A stretch of 32,000 nucleotides of DNA from Bacillus subtilis subsp. subtilis str. 168 (GTDB taxonomy: Bacteria > Bacillota > Bacilli > Bacillales > Bacillaceae). The stretch covers positions 4,140,001 to 4,172,000 of the forward strand of contig NC_000964.3 of assembly GCF_000009045.1 (NCBI RefSeq), given 5' to 3'. The translations under genes and the position numbers were made by a program. Below the pieces are notes generated by a model, which worked only from the letters and a program-made list of their open reading frames with translations, did no database searches and was not told the DNA's origin. This document shows, piece by piece, positions 30,045 to 32,000 of this stretch; position 1 is the stretch's first letter; each line of letters starts with the position of its first letter.

Positions 30045-31352
30045 ATGACAGAGGAGGTTTTCATCATGAGTCAAGAGCGCGTGAAACGGCCTGGGCATAC
30101 CAGATGGTACATATCTTCGTTACTTAGCGGCATTATTATTCTTAATTATTTTGACCGAGTGGCCATCTCGGTAGCGGCCCCTGCGATACAAGATTCGTTT
30201 CACCTTACTGCAACTGAACTCGGCATCGTGTTTTCCATTTACACCTATTCCTATACACTGATGCAGCTGCCTGTCGGAAGTTTGCTGGACCGTTTTGGGG
30301 TCGCATGGGTCACGAGGGTTGGAATGACAATATGGAGCTTTTTAACGATCCTTCTTGCTTTTTTGCAAGGAAAATTGCTGTTGTATCTGTTCCGGTTTCT
30401 CATTGGGCTGACGAGCGCCTCTGCGTTCCCTGCTGCCTCTAAAGCAACCGCTCTCTGGTTTCCTCCAAGTGAGCGGGGATTGGCAAACTCACTGTTCGAT
30501 TCGGCCGCCAAGTTTTCAAATGTAATCGGCGCGCCATTGGTCGCCTTTCTTGTCACAACATTTGACTGGCGTGTCGCTTTTTTGACGATTGGATGCATCA
30601 ATGTGCTGTTTACGATCTTTTTCTGGCAGTATTATGAACAGCCTGAACGGCACAAACGCATTTCTAAAAGTGAACTAAACTATATTCAAAAACACAATGC
30701 CATTACAACAGAGCAAATCCCTTACAAAACGGGCCCGCTTTTAAAAAAGCTTTTCACCAATCGAAAAGTATGGGGCTTAATGATCGGATTTACAGGGTAC
30801 GGGTATACATTCAACCTGCTGCTCACCTGGCTTCCGACTTTCTTTAAACATACATACGGTATGGATCTCATGTCGTCCGGTTTATTTACGGCAGTGCCGT
30901 GGCTGATCTCAACCATTTCCGGAATTGCCGTCGGCGGCTGGCTCGTCGATTATTTTATTAAGAAAGGCTATCCTAATACCAAGGTGTACCGAACCGTAAT
31001 CATAGTCGGAATGAGCTTTGGCTTTTTCTTTTTAGGATCCATTCTGACGAACAATATTACCGTAGCCATTATTTGCATTTCCATCGGACTCGCCGGAATT
31101 TCCGCAACCGCTCCGGTCGGCTGGTCCATCTCCGCAGAACTCGCGCCGATCGGTTCCGTATCCATGCTGAGCTCCATGGTGAATCTCGCAAACAACCTGT
31201 TCGGAGGCATTATTGCTGCGTCACTGACAGGGTATTTGTTTGATGTGACAGGCTCCTTTACCCTCAGCTTTCTGGTAGCTGGTTTTGTGCTGTTGCTGGG
31301 ATTGGTTTTTTATGTGTTTGTATTAGGGGATGTAAAACGAATTAAACTATAG
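30045..31352 (+). CDS. yybO: MFS transporter YybO (anion:cation symporter-like); start ambiguous (30018, 30045 or 30066)
   Basis: ~435-aa 12-TM MFS protein; RBS caggag before the ATG at 30045. Confidence 0.88.
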   Translation: MTEEVFIMSQERVKRPGHTRWYISSLLSGIIILNYFDRVAISVAAPAIQDSFHLTATELGIVFSIYTYSYTLMQLPVGSLLDRFGVAWVTRVGMTIWSFLTILLAFLQGKLLLYLFRFLIGLTSASAFPAASKATALWFPPSERGLANSLFDSAAKFSNVIGAPLVAFLVTTFDWRVAFLTIGCINVLFTIFFWQYYEQPERHKRISKSELNYIQKHNAITTEQIPYKTGPLLKKLFTNRKVWGLMIGFTGYGYTFNLLLTWLPTFFKHTYGMDLMSSGLFTAVPWLISTISGIAVGGWLVDYFIKKGYPNTKVYRTVIIVGMSFGFFFLGSILTNNITVAIICISIGLAGISATAPVGWSISAELAPIGSVSMLSSMVNLANNLFGGIIAASLTGYLFDVTGSFTLSFLVAGFVLLLGLVFYVFVLGDVKRIKL

Positions 31353-31363
31353 AACATGAAAAA

Positions 31364-31387
31364 GAGAGCTGCCAGTTGGCAGCTCTC
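31364..31387. terminator. Terminator between yybO and yybN
   Basis: Perfect GAGAGCTGCCA-gt-TGGCAGCTCTC. Confidence 0.75.
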
Positions 31388-31395
31388 CCTTTACA

Positions 31396-31635
31396 TCAAA
31401 GAATCGGCCCGTCCCCATTTACCTTCTCCTCGTCCTGTTCCTCTATATCAAGCCCCGAAGCTAGCATTTCCTGCTCTATCTGTTCGAGCACCTGCTCGTT
31501 TTTTCCTTGAAGACCACCTTCATAATGAAAAGCATCCTGTGTGCCGTTTTCCTCTATTGTCGCTAAAATATCGTGGATATCATTATGGTCTCCTGAAATG
31601 GAGCCGAATCCCTGGTTTTGTTTTTTATAATTCAC
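31396..31635 (-). pseudogene. yybN: N-terminally truncated YybN-like protein
   Basis: 79 aa [31 protein letters not shown]...; the same frame reads upstream as [20 protein letters not shown] with no ATG/GTG/TTG start or RBS before a TGA. Confidence 0.55.
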
Positions 31636-31768
31636 AAAACCGCTGGGGAGGTTGTTTCCGAGGTTTACACATGATGCGCTCCGAGTAGTAATTCATCAGT
31701 GTATCAAAATCTTCATTTTGGATTGCCACATCACATGCAGAGATGATGTCTTTCAATTGCTGTTCCAA
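31625..31768 (-). pseudogene. Truncated YybH-like (SnoaL/DUF4440) N-terminal fragment
   Basis: TTG start after aggggaattcat: [47 protein letters not shown]. Family-like until YYSE, then unrelated out-of-frame residues. Confidence 0.6.
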
Positions 31769-31853
31769 ATGAATTCCCCTAATCATCATGATTGGATATA
31801 TTATACAATGTTTGACACGTAGGGATCCTTTTCATTTTTGTTTTTACGGTTTC

Positions 31854-32000
31854 GCTGGTCCATTTCCGCAGAGCTGGCGCCGATCGGTTCCGTATCCATG
31901 CTGAGCTCCATGGTAAATCTGGCAAACAACCTGTTCGAAGGCATTATTGCGGCTTCATTGACGGGGTATTTTGTTTGATGTGACAAGGCTCCTTTACGCT
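31854..32000 (+). pseudogene. Frameshifted fragment paralogous to the C-terminal region of yybO
   Basis: Aligns with 31120-31264 at high identity by eye (AELAPIGSVSMLSSMVNLANNLFEGIIAASLTGYF) but carries +1 indels (gtattttg vs gtatttg; gacaagg vs gacagg) and lacks a 5' part. Confidence 0.8.

Noticed and set aside
31356-31688. 110-aa + strand ORF opposite yybN
   Set aside because: It runs over the yybO terminator hairpin and antisense to the yybN/yybH fragments; Arg/Pro-rich shadow translation.

Overview
This window is Bacillus subtilis-group chromosome, from the origin-proximal left arm. I recognised it from protein sequences and gene order; no database search was run. In order it holds: yycN (partial), rapG-phrG, rocF/rocE/rocD with divergent rocR, htrC(yyxA), walJ-walI-walH-walK-walR, a Phe/Asp/Glu/Lys tRNA cluster, purA, yycE, dnaC, yycD, yycC, yycB, yycA, rplI, gdpP(yybT), yybS, cotF, yybR, ppaC, yybP behind a yybP-ykoY Mn2+ riboswitch, yybO, and a rearranged yybN end. 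Most of this is well-studied core genome, and I found no convincing new defence system, CRISPR array or mobile element. The items most worth a second look are: a 36-codon cationic ORF between the Mn riboswitch and yybP, with a strong RBS and ATGA coupling; a chimeric/decayed locus at 31.6-32.0 kb (yybH-like start fused to a truncated yybN, then a frameshifted yybO-like fragment); a chimeric remnant between rocR and htrC (histidine-kinase C-terminus plus an unrelated opposite-strand ORF tail); three parS-like 16-mers, one inside walK; a structured intergenic repeat-like element after phrG flanked by near-identical terminators; and an inverted repeat just upstream of the yybR RBS.
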